The notes beneath the pieces were generated by a model. It saw only the letters and a list, made by a program, of their open reading frames with translations. It searched no databases and was not told the origin of the DNA. The position numbers and the translations under genes are program-made. Positions 1 through 13,324 of a stretch of DNA of 64,000 nucleotides are shown here, piece by piece (position 1 is the first letter of the stretch; every line of letters begins with the position of its first letter). This DNA is from Octopus vulgaris (Eukaryota): the NCBI GenBank assembly GCA_951406725.2, contig OX597817.1, forward strand, positions 145,824,001 to 145,888,000. The letters run 5' to 3'.

Positions 1-1599
1 GAACTGTGCATAAAGACTTGTCTGTGAATGCAGAGCTTGTAAGAGCTACTAAAGTGCAAATGGCTTCTGGTTTTAAAACTGTTGCACCTGACCAAAGAAC
101 TGTGAAATGGGCACATGTCTTGGAAAGTGTAGCTTGTATTAGCTGCCGAAGCTACAACGATTTGTAGGTGCAAAACTGCTGCAACTGAAAAAAAAAAGAT
201 GGCTTGTCACTGCTAGTTAAACTCTGGATGATTCACTATTGTAATGTGAATGATTATTTCTTATTCATCTGCAAATGGGACTTCAAAAGTAACTACAAGT
301 CTAATTAGTGACTTTAGAGGCAACAGGGATCCTTTCATTATGGTGTATGGTTGTGTATGATGAATTTATTGTAGAATGGGTTGGTTCAAACTAATCATTA
401 GACCTAGTCTATAATCAAAGCTAGAATCTGGACAGACTGAAATTAATTGATAAATTATAGATCTGAAACCAATTGTTCCCCAACTCCCAACAAACAGGAG
501 AACTTGGACTCAATGCTTCAAATGAATGCACTTCTTGTCAATTTTACAGTAATGCTATAGTTTATAATGACAATGTGCTACTATCTTAGAGAATATGTTT
601 ATAGCAAGCAGGACTGGATCATTTGAGAGTTAAGTGTTTTATCTCAGACACAGCACAGAGCTGTGAGAGAAATGAACCACCAACCTTTCAGCTGTTTGTC
701 CAGTAACACCAGCTAAACAACTATAAGGTCATTATAGAAAAGTGCATTGTGTCTAATTAAAAGGAAACATTATACTGATTAATCTATGTTACTGTATAGT
801 CCCATGCTGTTTCAAATCATAATCATAATCATTGTCTTGTAAAGGGTAACTGTGTCCCTTCTTTTACAAAATAGCAGGGTGTGATCTGCAAGAGATTTGG
901 TTGCCATTTTTTGCTGGTTGAGCAACAACATAAAGGTTCCCTTGATGGTTCAATGATGTCTATGTTTTCCCCAGAAGCTAAATACCAACCACATCATCCT
1001 CTTCAGGCCAAGAGGCCTTCAAAATGTCATTGTGCCTTCAAACTAAATAATAAGGGGAACAAAGTCACAATTTCAGGGGAATGTTTGGCAGTAGCATAGC
1101 TGAGGTAGGGCAAAGGGGCAGCCTGCCCAGGTGATGCTTTTATGGGGCAGGTGGCAGTTTACAGATGCTGTATAAGCCTGTATAGGCTTGGGGGCCCAGA
1201 GCAGCAAATTCAAGGGCTGCCCCAGGCATTACATTCTAACTTGGGAGTTAATTGATGAATTCTACCTCAGTTCATGACTGGTACTGTCCTCTGAAGGATA
1301 AGAGGCATCATTGTGTTTGATGAGACATAAACATATAACAGCCATTGCAATACATTTTATCTGATGCTCTAATGATTCTGCATATCCAATAGCCTCGAAA
1401 GCTGTTTTATAATAGTCAGGAAAATAAATACACTGAATTTACACAATTGAATTATTGCATTTAAAAACAGCAGCTTTGTGATATCTGATTGGATATGAAA
1501 TATATATATATTGATTTCTAGAACACCAGACCTTTAGTTTATTGGAAAGAGGGGAAGTGGAGAGTTTGTACAGTGTGTGGTGCAAAACCATTAACATCA

Positions 1600-1860
1600 T
1601 TACCATTAAGTACTGTGTTCTGATATTGGAACCAGCATCTATTAAATATTGTACTTTGATATTAACACTAATATATGAGAAATCTATAAAATATTTTATT
1701 TTGATCTTGCCATTATCAGATAATATGCTTTAATATTACCACTAATATATTATACATCTACTGAATACTGTACTTTGACATCCATTAAATACTGTACTTT
1801 TGATATTGCGGTTAAACTATTCGACCTTTGTTAACTATTGTACTTTGATATTACAGCTGA
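1600..1860 (+). repeat. Degenerate AT-rich minisatellite (core ~TTAAATATTGTACTTTGATATT, about 6 copies with variable spacing)
   Basis: Core recurs near 1605, 1641, 1686, 1761, 1785 and 1831, and once more near 2590 on the far side of the RTE insertion. Confidence 0.6.
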
Positions 1861-1864
1861 TACA

Positions 1865-2578
1865 GGACAGCTGTGTGAAAAAGTGTCACACCCTGACAGT
1901 AGAGGGAACCTGTGGAAGAGGTAGACCCAGGAAGACCTGGGATGAGGTGGTGAAGCATAACCATCGAACGTTGGGTCTCACCAAGGCAATGACAAGTGAC
2001 CAAGACCTTTAGAGATATGCTGTGCTTGAGAAGACCTGGCAAGCCGAGTGACACTGTAACCATGGCCAATACCAGTGCAGCACAACAAGCCCGCCTAAGA
2101 GTACCCTTCAATCATTGGGCAATAAACAGTGCTTGCAAAGACCTGTTGAGGCAAGTGAAGTCATTGTGGCTGATGACAGTACTGCCTGATTTGCACCCAT
2201 GCCGGTGGTATGTAAAAAGCACCATTTGAACATGATCATTGCCAGTGCCATCTGACTGGCCCCCATGCCAGTGGAATGTAAAAAGCACCATTTGAGCATG
2301 GTTGATGCCAGTCCCAGCTGATTGGTCCTGTGTGGGTGGCGCGTAAAAAACACCATTCAAGCGTAGTCATTGCCAGTGACCCCTGACTGGCTCCCGTGCC
2401 AGTGGTACGTAAAAAGCACCCACTACACTCTTGGAGTGGTTGGTGTTAGGAAGGGCATCCAGCTGTAGAAACTTTACCAGATCAGACTGGAGCCTGGTGC
2501 AGCCTTCTGGCCTACCAGTCTTCAATCAAACCATCCAACCCATGCCAACATGGAAAGCAGACGTTAAACGATGATGAC
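1865..2578 (+). mobile_element. 5'-truncated RTE-clade LINE: ORF C-terminus, 3' UTR with ~63-bp tandem repeats, (GAT)n tail
   Basis: Translates DSCVKKCHTLTVEGTCGRGRPRKTWDEVVK...LGLT.AMTSDQDL, the typical RTE C-terminal GRGRPRKTW motif. Followed by four GGTGGCACGTAAAAAGCACC-type units, TTAGGAAGGGCATCCAGCTGTAGAAA and GTTAAACGATGATG. Confidence 0.9.
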
Positions 2579-2974
2579 AGTAAACATTTATTGAATATTG
2601 TAATTTGTTATGCAGCTGTTTGGTTGACTATACACTCATGTCTATTCAGTAAACTATGAATCTCTCCAACTAAAGCATGTTCTTGTACCAATGTATGAAA
2701 CCAACATCTCATTATGATGAAAAATCTATGAAGTGACAAAGGCAATAAAAAGCACCAAAGGGTCATATAGTATTCAGCCATGTAATTTTACGCATAGTTG
2801 TAGTGAATAACGACCGTACGTAAGGAGTTGGTGACAAATGTCTCCTTTTTAACGCTGCACAGTTGCCCTAACAAAAGAAGAAGCCAAAATACATAGTATA
2901 AAAGAATAAGTGCCAAAAGGAATAATGAGGATGACAACCGTTCTACTGTTTGAGAGAGAAAGACTTTATTTACA

Positions 2975-3105
2975 GAAGGCTGTGATTGGTTGGCTTACAC
3001 ACTGGCGCGAAATAAGTCAAGAGACAAACTGTGCCAATGCCAACCAATCAGAGCAGTGGACACAACAGGGTCAAAATAGCCGAAGATGGTTGTTATCTAA
3101 CACGA
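2975..3105 (+). repeat. Unclassified interspersed repeat with CCAAT boxes (second copy inverted at ~24392-24510)
   Basis: GATTGGTT...GGCGCGA..AAG.AAGAGACAA...CCAAT..AACCAATCAGAG.AGTGGAC...GTTATCT matches the reverse complement of 24392-24510. Confidence 0.55.
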
Positions 3106-3454
3106 GATCATTTCTAATCTATTTCTCAAACAGTGAGGATATCAGCCATGCTACATAGTGTTCAAATCCTTTGGTGGGTGATATTTACTGTTGCTCTGTG
3201 GTCAGGGGAATAAGTACCAATGTTGTATGTGTCTGTTTTCGTCCCCTCCACCACGAATGACTGAAGCCTTGTACCTTTGTTACAACTCAACAAAATAAAT
3301 AATAAACAAGTAACTGAGACTGAACTCATTCTGAAGAGTATACAACTAATTAGGTTTCTTCACATATTATTTACATTCTTATGTCCCCAGAGTCTTCCAA
3401 ATCACACTTCTGGTATTATCATCTTTCATGTCTTCCATATTTTTGAAGCCATAT

Positions 3455-3645
3455 GTGGTGACAAACTGGGCCAAATGCTTAGCAGCATTTCGCCTGTTCT
3501 TACATTCAGAATTCAAACACCAACTTTGCCTGTCGTCCTTTCAGGGTCAATAAAATAAGTACCAGTTGCGAACTGGGGTCAATGTAATCAACTTACCTCC
3601 TGCCCCCAAATTGCTGGCCTTATGCTAAAATTTGAAACCAATATC
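3455..3645 (+). mobile_element. Degenerate tRNA-derived SINE (family B)
   Basis: Similar to the clean copy at 19775-20117 (AAATGCTTAGC...GCCT..C.TCCTT..GGGTC.ATAAAATAAGTACCAGTTG). Confidence 0.65.
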
Positions 3646-6556
3646 TTGGAAGGTATAAAATAGAGGAAAAGAGATTCTTTCACAAGTTGGGAGAGCTTCC
3701 TACATCCAATTGCCCCAGTTCCATAAAATTTGCTTGTTAGAACTTGGTAAACTGACTGAGAATAAGTTACCTTCATTCATTTTATACAATCACAGACCTT
3801 AAGTTCTCTACTTTAAAAATCTGAATTCAGTTCCTTTATAGAAATTCTATTTCACAATGCAAATTTTGGCCTCAATTATTTACACGGACAATTAAGGCCA
3901 AGCTGCTAGTGTGCTCCACTGAATGTATGTCATTTGTGACATAGCATAAATAATGGCTAATTTTCATTTTGAATACATCACACAACTTGGGAAGGATTGT
4001 AGGTTAAGATAAATTTATTTTGTGTTCATTTTATGAGGTAAATAATCCTTTCTACTATAGGCACAAGGCCTGCAATTTGGGGAGATTAAATTGATCCCAG
4101 TTCTTGACTAGTACTTAGTTCACTGATCCCAGTGGCATTTGAACTAGAGTGTAAAGCTGGAAGAAATGTTGGCAAACAAGTCCTCTGCAGAAAGAATTTT
4201 GCCAGATTTTGGCTTTTTACTAGGTAAATAATATTTCTTCCTTATATACATGCTAAATATAATTTTTTTGAAAATAACATTCATTTTTTTTTCTCTATAT
4301 ACAAAGAAAAAGAATGAGTGTTATTTTTTTTAAATGTATAATATAGAGAACATTGATGGAGACTTCTACCTTGTCAATGTTTTTTTTTTTTTGTCCTTTT
4401 ATCTGGTGTTTGTGAATTGCTAAAGAAAATGAGAGATGGAGAGAAGTTTTCTGAAATTGAATCTTCAAAAGAATCAAAGATTGGGAAATTCAATTGAACT
4501 CAAATAATAAACCTACATTCTTTCTATAAATGCAGGGAAAAATTAACTTTAAAAAACTGGTTTTTGTTTTCTGCTTTTTTTGTTTTATTTTTTTTTACAC
4601 AAGAGACATTTGAATGACTCTTCAGTATTTTTTGCTGCATATGTCTGCTAGTTATTCTATCAGTCTTCTTTTACTGAACTGCTAAGTTATAGGGATGTAA
4701 ACAAAAGACTATCGGCTGTCAAGTAATGGCCGAAGACAAACAATAGGGTTGAGGACAAACACACAAACATATATTCATACAATTGGTTCCCACACTGTTT
4801 ACATCTACCAAATTCACTCACGAGGCATAGGTCAAACCAGGACTATCACATGCTTGCAAGCCAAACCTCTCACAGACATGCTTGCACCTGTTGATCTAGT
4901 TAAGACTCTTCTTTTGTCAAGTTTATTTTAGTCTACTTTTTATTACAGTATTGTGTTTATATATGTTGTTATTTTTGTCAATAGGGTGCAAGTCTGAGTG
5001 CATGGATTTTGGTGTGGCTCTTTAAAAGTGTTTTTTAAACTAATAATCTTTTCTATTATAGGAAACAAAACCTGACATTTTAGGGACAGTGGACTAGTTA
5101 ATTACATCAACCCCTGAAGGGATGAACAGCAAAATCAGCCTCAGCAGAATTTGAGCTCAGAACGCAAAGATAGATTAGCATTTTGTCCAGCATGGAAACA
5201 ATTCTGGCAGCTAAAACTAATAATGATATAGGTTATTTCAATGGAAGTATGATTTTTGGATTATAAATCTGTGGGTGTCCTTGTGTATATGTTTGTGAAT
5301 ATCTTTTGTGTGTGTGTGCTTGTCACTGTGCATATATGTCATGGTTGACTAACATGTTTTTAATTTAAATTATTCTTTTGGTTAGTAAAATTTTATTTTG
5401 CTGGATGCTCAAATCACAACTACACCTTATTTCATTGAGTACAATAAATGTGTTGAATTAATTGACGGTATATGCTGTCATTGTTGTAGTTGTGTGTGAA
5501 AACACTTGTTTTTTGTAAGCTTCTTGATATATGCGTATGTCATATTTGGCTTGCTATGACTAAGCATATTTAGAATCTTATGTGAAGGTTCATTCAGTGT
5601 GTGTGTGTGTGTGTGTTTGTGATGATTGTTTACTCCTCACAGATGATTGCTATCTCCTTGTGTTTCTTTTTTATCACTGGTATTTCTGACTTTCCACCCA
5701 TGACCACTCAGATGACTATTCTATCTTCTATCCCTGTGCAGATCTCCATGGATTGAAGCATAGATGACAAGCTAAAGTTGTAACTTACTGTGCGCTCCCA
5801 ACTGGTTGGGCCTGCACACACATTGCCACTCTTCCAGCGCCACTTTTAGCAGCTCAAACGACAAATGAGGTCACCATAATGAGACATCTGTATATCATTA
5901 GATTACAGTGATAAACACTTATGCAATGTGACTACCTCTTTCTGAGTCTCTGTGATTAGTACCAAGTGACAGGCTGAAGCAAGATGACCAATAATCAGTT
6001 GAAACTACAGGTTTTACATCAGAATATCCCTCTCCTTGAAGGATGCTGTGACACCAGCTTAGGTCCCTCCCAGTGATTTTACTGTATGCCCTGACATCAT
6101 CCAAGTGTATTTCTGTGCCTCCATGCTCAGATGGATTTTCATAGCATATGCTAGCTAACCCAGAGCTAGGACTCTAACAGGTGTTACTAATCTAGGTCAG
6201 AGTAGACCTGGGAACAACAGTGTCTGAAAGGTGATTCCACACTCTTCAAAACCCTGGAACTCCTCAACCAGAGCCATACTGCCAGATGCAGTTTATAGTC
6301 ATAGCCACACACACACACACACACACACATATGCATGCAAATATGTGTAATAGTTTCTATGCTGATGGCTGGCAAGTTTAGGAGACTGCATATTTGGTTT
6401 TGGTTTTTCTAACATTGGAGTCATCAGATGTATAGTAGATGTCAGGTTACCAAGGATATAAATGGTAAGTTGGTTGTTTTTGAAGTCCATGGAATAAATG
6501 ACAGAAGAAAATAATAGTAGAAATTGCCTTTATTTTATTGTTACACTATTAAAACA

Positions 6557-6722
6557 ACTGCTTTGAGATGTTGTTTATTAAGATTAGTAGAAGTTCTGTT
6601 GTCCATTTCGTAGGTAGGTGTGTCCATCTGTAGGCGACTGCTTTGAGATGTTGTTTATTAAGATTAGTAGAAGTTCTGTTGTCCATTTCGTAGGTAGGTG
6701 TGTCCATCTGTAGGCGACTGCT
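6557..6722 (+). repeat. Tandem duplication, 80-bp unit x2
   Basis: ACTGCTTTGAGATG...GTAGGCG starts at 6557 and at 6637, with a third ACTGCT at 6717. Confidence 0.95.
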
Positions 6723-7560
6723 AGAGGGGGTGAGAGTTGTATGGTCCCTTGTTGATATGCCATGAGTGAAGATAGAAAAAGAAAAGGAGAGAGAGAAAGA
6801 GTGAGGGAAGATGATCCTCCAGCAAAGATATGGGGGCAAAAGAGACAGATGCTTCTCTGGTAAATGTCAGATACAAAAAGGAACAATTCTATTTGGGAAC
6901 AATTCTTTTTATATTTTCCTAGCTAGATTAGGTCAAGCTAAACAATGGATTTTTCGTCTGTTATCTGGTCTGAACTGTTGGTGATCCAAAATGGTCAGTT
7001 AAAGAATAGAACTTATCTAAATGCAACAGTTGACACTCACAAATTTCTAATTGCTAATGCCAAGAACAATAGCAAGGAGCTTACAGAAAAAATTCTAGAC
7101 TAAGGTTTTGATTCTTGGCTAAAAAAAAACGAGAAAGAGAAAACGATTCTCTTCGTATGAGCGTGTGTATATGTGGGGTATCTTGCAACCACTTAACATT
7201 TTTCTAATTTACATCGGTTTATTTTTTTAAAAAACGTAATTTTGATGTAGCTTTTGCATGCTGATGACAAAAATTGCATTCATTGTTTTTACAAGAAATT
7301 AGGAATAAAGAAGTTGTGAACATTTAAAGTTATGAAATTTTAGACTATCAAAAGCCTCCAATCACTGAAATATCATGGCTGCTGATTTCTATTGCCATGG
7401 GGATCAGCACACATGAAATCTTGATATGATTCCTTGACTTCTCCTAGAAATAGCAGCCAGAATTATAATGTCTGAAAAAAATATGGACAAAACATTTTGC
7501 CACAACACTGTTTATTTCTTCACTTGAAGTAGGTGCAAATGTTTTCCCTTTGTTAAGCAT

Positions 7561-7790
7561 TCTTTTACTCTTTTACTTGTTTCAGTCATTTGACTGTGGC
7601 CATGCTGGAGCACCGCCTTTAGTCGAACAAATTGACCCCAGGACTTATTCTTTGTAAGCCTAGTACTTATTCTATCGGCCTCTTTTGCCGAACTGCTAAG
7701 ATATGGGGATGTAAACACAGCAGCATCGGTTGTCAAGCGATGTTGGGGGGACACAGACACACAAACATATACACACACATACATATATAT
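7561..7790 (-). mobile_element. 3' half of CORE-like tRNA SINE (family A)
   Basis: Reverse complement of the family A tail CCAGCATGGCC.CAGTCAAATGACTGAAACAAGTAAAAGAG. Confidence 0.9.
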
Positions 7791-7849
7791 CTACTATTAG
7801 CATTAGTAGATTCTTATTTTCATGCCATTTGTCTCTCTGCCAATAACAT

Positions 7850-8880
7850 TACTGTCACCGGGTGGTCTTCATCCCCTATTAAAGCATGGAAGTCTCTCAA
7901 ATAAACATTTGACATGAGCTGTTGTTCAGCACGATGACAGTGGCCAGGAAAACCTAACCTGCACTGTGGAACAAAAGTAGAGATGGACAGACTGTGTCTA
8001 CAAATATCCTCTTTGATCTTGTGCTCACTGTATGAGATGTTTTGAGCCCTCATGAGAAGCCTGTTTAACATTCCTTGAGATACTAGCCATCATGGGTACC
8101 TTGAATCTCCTTCTTCATAGTTCAGCATTTGGCCCCCCAGACAGAAGAGTACCCTCTATGCATGTCCTAAAGAAAGACAACCTAGTTGACACTGAAATAC
8201 TTGATAGTCAAATCTTCTGAATTTGTTTCAGGCATTCCAGTCATGTAAGGAAGTCTTTGTTACTGTCAACAACATAGGAACCAAGATACTTGAAGTGACT
8301 GACCTCTTTGGGTTTAGTGCCATCATTCAAAAAAATTAGCAGATGGCTTTCATCCTTGTTGATGCTCATGTATTTAGTGTTCCCTCTTTTTTCATTGATA
8401 AACAGACCAACTTTGGCTGCAGTAAACTCAAGGAATATTGGTTTCAAATTTTGGTACAAGGCCAGCAATTTGGGGGATGGGGGTAAGCCAGTTACATTGA
8501 CCTCAGTACTTAACTGGTACTTATTTTACTGACCCTGAAAGGATCAAAGGCAAAGTCAACCTTGGTGGTGTTTGAACTCAGAACACAAAGATGGACGAAA
8601 TGCCATTAAGCATTTTGCCTGGCACAGTAATGATTCTGTCAACTTGCAGCCCCATACTCAAGGAATATTAACAAGTCATCTATATTGCACAGTTGATGAA
8701 ATGTAAGGGGAAGATATCAACATAATCAAGTTTCAGAGAGATACACTATGCTGATATGTTGATTGTATAGATGGATAGGTTGTGGAGCCATCTAATGTAA
8801 CTCTATTCAGAAGGCTGTAATATCATTTGAAAGGAACATGGTATAAAGAAATACATGGAACAAGGTGGTAACTTTAAATA
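7850..8880 (-). mobile_element. Old RTE-like LINE reverse transcriptase fragment, interrupted by a SINE
   Basis: Frames give AAKVGLFINEK..TKYM, EVSHFKYLGSYV and RLLMRAQNISY..H...CRLGFPGHCHR, typical of RTE RT domains 6-7 and the C-terminus. Contains stops and frameshifts. Confidence 0.7.
8440..8655 (-). mobile_element. SINE family B with 14-bp TSD
   Basis: ACTCAAGGAATATT at 8426-8439 and 8656-8669 flanks the SINE body. Confidence 0.85.
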
Positions 8881-9761
8881 CCTTTAATGTGGCCACATGT
8901 ATATATGATAAATGAAAATAGTTTGATGCATGGAGGCCATGGTCTTCTCCTGTGTGTTGTCTCTTATCTGCTAGCTGGCGTGTTTTGTCAGGGAGCCAGT
9001 TAGGTTACATTTTCACAATCTCATATCTCAATGCAGAAAGAGGTAGTCCTAAGGCCTCATGCCAGGATCTCACATTAATACCATATAGTGCCAGTTTGTT
9101 TAAACCAACTGTCAAGGGGGGTAACTGCACCTACAATTGTTTCTGCTTGATGGTTGCAAGTAGCAAATATTTAGATAACATTATGAAAAACAAAGGGGAC
9201 CTTATTGGGAGAGTAAGCTTGTTTGACAATATCGAAGTTTAGTGGGGCTAAACTTAAAAAGTAGATTTTAGCTATTTTTGCAGCCATAAAAATCAATCAA
9301 TTATCAATGTATGTCAATGACAAAGTATGATATACCATCATTTCAAGTGATTATTAGAGATTAAAAGGAAATAATGATTTTTGAGATATGCTTCACATCG
9401 TTGCCAATATTACTAAATTTTGACCTCACTGTAGAGCAGATGATCTTGTTCTGAACGTTTTATATAATGGACACTTAATATTTGTAATGATCGTATATTG
9501 TAGTTTACTGGTGATAGAAATAGTTTATTGAATGACTTTTTGAATACTATACATCATTTCTGTTACTTAAAAATAAATTATCATTGATAAAAAATTGATT
9601 TTCTGAATGTATACATCACATAAACCATCTTTGGAACTTGATCTATTAAACTCTAACATTATCATATTCCTTTATCAAGTGTGCGATTGAGGTGAGTTCA
9701 ATGAAGATTTTGTAAGTCCATGATGACTCAGTAGATTTATAAATTGGGAATCCCTGATTTC

Positions 9762-10010
9762 CCAACACCTGTGCTGGTGGCACGTAAAAAGCGCGAACCG
9801 ATTGTGGCCGCTGCCAGCCTCCCCTGGCACGTAAAAAGCACCCACTACACTCACGGAGTAGTTGGTGTTAGGAAGGGCATCCAGCTGTAGAAACTCTGCC
9901 AGATCAGATTGGAGCCTAGTGCAGCCTCCATGGCTTACCAGACCCTGGTCTAACCATCCAACCCATGCTAGCATGGAAAACGGATGTAAAATGATGATGA
10001 TGATGATGAT
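9762..10010 (+). mobile_element. RTE 3' UTR/tail fragment
   Basis: GGTGGCACGTAAAAAGC units, AGGAAGGGCATCCAGCTGTAGAAA and a (GAT)n tail. Confidence 0.9.
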
Positions 10011-10352
10011 ATTGGAGCTTTTAATTTGCTTGTTGATGATGATTAAAGTTGTGAAATGCTTTACAAACAGAATTCTGACAAATTAAAATAATAATAAAAA
10101 AAAAAAATTGGTAAGCACTTTTATAGAAGTAACAATGTGCTCAATAATTTAAGCTCAATACATTGCCAACTCTATAAACAACTCAGATCCAAACTTTGCC
10201 ATATTTATTGTGGCTTTCATTGGTAACTAATTATTTTGATAATGAAGTTATTGTGTCAAAGTACATAGCAATACTTTCTATAAAACCTGTTGTATAAAGC
10301 AAACCAAATAAAACTCTCCCAATCAATACCCTTTTATGCAGAATATATATCC

Positions 10353-10387
<35 letters not shown>

Positions 10388-11672
10388 TATCTTTCTCCAC
10401 TTGTTATTCTACTTAACTATTATTGTTTGCTTCAATAACTACTCATGAAGGGACGAAGAACTCTCAATAAACTCTACTAGTTCTGCAAGTCTTGTTGACA
10501 GTTGTTAGGGTTAATGAAACAAGTTAACCACAATCAACCAAAACAAACATTCGACACAAAACTAATGTGAATACATATTTACATGCTTAAAACATATTTA
10601 TTCTTACTACAGGTTTAATATTGTGGAGTCACATGGCTTAGAGGTTAGGGTATGGCACTCATGGTTGTAAGATTGTGGACTTAATTCCTGGTTTGGGCAA
10701 TGTGTTGTTCTTGGACAAAACAATTCATTTCATGTTGCTCTGGTCCATTCAGCGGCAAAAAAATGAATAATCCTGGTGTCCCATCCAGGTGGGGAATGTA
10801 TACACCTCAGAATCCTGGAAACTGGCCTTATGAGCCTGTACCTTGGGAAGAACATTTGAGCTATTTTTGTTTTTTGTTTTTTCGACACGTTAATATTAGC
10901 TTAATTTTTACTGGTTTTAGTCACTAAACTGCAACCAGACTGGAGCACTACCTTTAAGGTTTTTATTGAAATTTATTGATCCTCATTGTTTATTTTAGTC
11001 TGTCAGAGAGCCAGTTAGGTTACATCTTCACAGTCTCGCATCTCAATGCAGAAAGAGGTAGTCATAAGGCCTCATGCCAGAATCTCACTCTAACGCCATT
11101 GGTTATTTTAGGCAGTTGTTTTATCAATCTCTAGTTATTGAATCACCGAATTTAGTTCTTGACACAAGGGAACACAACATGACACACCAGTTTACATAAA
11201 AACACACACACAAATGCATACATATATGCATGCATTCATTAGCATGCACACTTACATAAACAAATACATACATACATTCATACATATATACATAGGTGCA
11301 TACATATATGCATCATACACACATACATGTTAATTGAAATGAACCAAGAGGATTACTTCAACATCAGGAGGTAAAGTATATATTTCTATATATTTTTTTG
11401 TGTGCATGAAATTTAAGTAAAATCAAGATGCATATGTTGGTAGTATGTGTGTTTTGCCAACTGTTTTCCAACTTGCACTTGTTTTGACTGATACACTGCC
11501 AAAATGGCTGATGAAAATGGAGGAGTGATACTCTTGTTAGCCTTTTGGCAGTGTATCAGTTAAAACAAATGCTGTTTGAATAATTGTTTGTAAAATACAA
11601 GCCAATATGAAACCTAAGGTCCCAGCATACTTGGACTTGAATTTCGCTAAAGTATATATGTGTGTGTGTAAT

Positions 11673-12383
11673 GGATGTGTAATGCCAGTGTGCATACACG
11701 ACAGAGTGTAAGCGCCCTGAGAGAAACGGATGTGGCGTGCAAGAGAGACGTTTGCGCTGGTATAGTCATGTACTACGGATGGATGAGGAGAGATGTGTAA
11801 AGAAGTGCCACTCCCAAACAGTTGAAGGAATCCGGGGTAGAGGTAGACCCAGGAACATGGGATGAGGTGGTCAAGCACGACCTTCAAACATTGGGCCTCA
11901 CAGAGGCATTGACGAAAGCCCGAGATCTCTGGAGATATGCTGTGATTGCGAAGACCTGACAAATAACGTGAGTTCATGGCTGTTTCCTGCACCAGCTTCA
12001 CATCGCAGCCCCAGCCCATCCAAAGTACCTTGGATCACAGGATGGCCTGCTGTGCTGACCTTGGATCGTTGGGTGACCTGCTGTGCTTGAAGAGACCTAT
12101 TGAGTCAAGTACATCAACATCAAGAAACCTATTGAGTCAAGTACATCAACATCAAAATCAAAATGAAATTGAAATTGTAGTTGTGATACCTGTGCTGGTG
12201 GCACGTAAAAAGCACCGACTACACTCACGGAGTAGTTGGCATTAGGAAGGGCATCCAGCTGTAGAAAAACTGCCAGATCAGACTGGAGCCTGGTGCAGCC
12301 TCCTGGTTTCCCAGACCCTGGTTGAACCGTCCAATCCATGCTAGCATGGAAAACTGACATTAAACGATGATGATGATGATGAT
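11673..12383 (+). mobile_element. 5'-truncated RTE LINE (ORF end, 3' UTR, (GAT)n tail)
   Basis: Degenerate C-terminal ORF (VHTRQSVSALRE...GRGRPR.TWDEVVKHDLQTLGLTEA) followed by the same tail as 1865-2578. Confidence 0.9.
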
Positions 12384-12420
12384 TCACATGTGGTTACATT
12401 TTGTTAATGTCCACATAATA

Positions 12421-12725
12421 TAGCAGTTCGGCAAGATAACCCAATAAAATAAGTACTAGGCTTACAAAGAATAAGTTCTGGGATTGATTTAGTCAAAGAG
12501 ATCGATCCCAGAACTTATTCTTTGTAAGCCTAGCACTTATTCTATCGGGTCCTTTTACTGAACTGCTAAGTTACGGGGACATAAACACTCCAGCATGGGT
12601 TGTCAAACGATGACTGGGGTGGGGTGGTGGGCAAACACACACATATATATACATATATATACGATGGACTTCGTTCAGTTTCCGTTTACCAAATCCACTC
12701 ACAAGGCTTTGGTCTGTCCAAGGCT
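12421..12725 (-). mobile_element. Family A SINE fragment with fold-back inverted duplication
   Basis: 12421-12488 is approximately the reverse complement of 12500-12568. Confidence 0.85.
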
Positions 12726-12869
12726 CAGCGTATGCTTGCAGATATATATATATATATGTACACACACCAAATTTGAAAATTTTCCTTAAACTTCAAAAAT
12801 TTCCATACATATATATATATATATATATTTATATATACACACACATATATACATACATACATATATATA

Positions 12870-13324
12870 TATTATATAAAATCCGTTTTGCCTGTCTGTC
12901 TGTGTGTCTTCTAGAATCTCGGGCATCCTCCATCCAATTGCACTCAAATTTGATATGTAGATACCGACGGTATCAGGGCGTGTATAAGTCTTGAAAAAAT
13001 TACAAAAATCGATTCCAGGTGAGAATGCGATCGATAAAACCGTGGGAAATTGCATTTGTACGCGCAATTACATCAGATATTGCGATGTACTTACTGGTAC
13101 TTTAAACTCTTCGGTTGCATATTTGTGTGAATAAAATCGTTTTTCTTTGGAATAGAAAAAAAGTCTATCTTTATTTCTTGTTTTGCTAGTGTCTCAAATT
13201 TAGGTTAAATCAATGTTTCTCAAAGGAGAGGCCCATGGGACGGTCGGACAAGTTGTTTTGAGAAAATTTGGTTTAAATGTTTGACAACTCAGCACCGTCC
13301 ATTGGACGGGGGGCGTTTTGCTCG
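12870..13324 (+). mobile_element. Non-autonomous Helitron-like element (family 2)
   Basis: 5' TATTATATAAAATCCG..GTCTGTCTGTG shared with 34720-34908. 3' hairpin CCGTCCATTGGACGG then CTCG|T. Confidence 0.6.

Noticed and set aside
1-220. Cys-rich possible terminal exon
   Set aside because: Stops in all frames and no identifiable family.
1600-1860. CRISPR-like repeat/spacer appearance
   Set aside because: Repeats are degenerate, spacing is irregular and short, the context is eukaryotic and there are no cas genes.
5789-5887. Minus-strand exon candidate with AG and GTAAGT boundaries
   Set aside because: Stop codons in all three frames.
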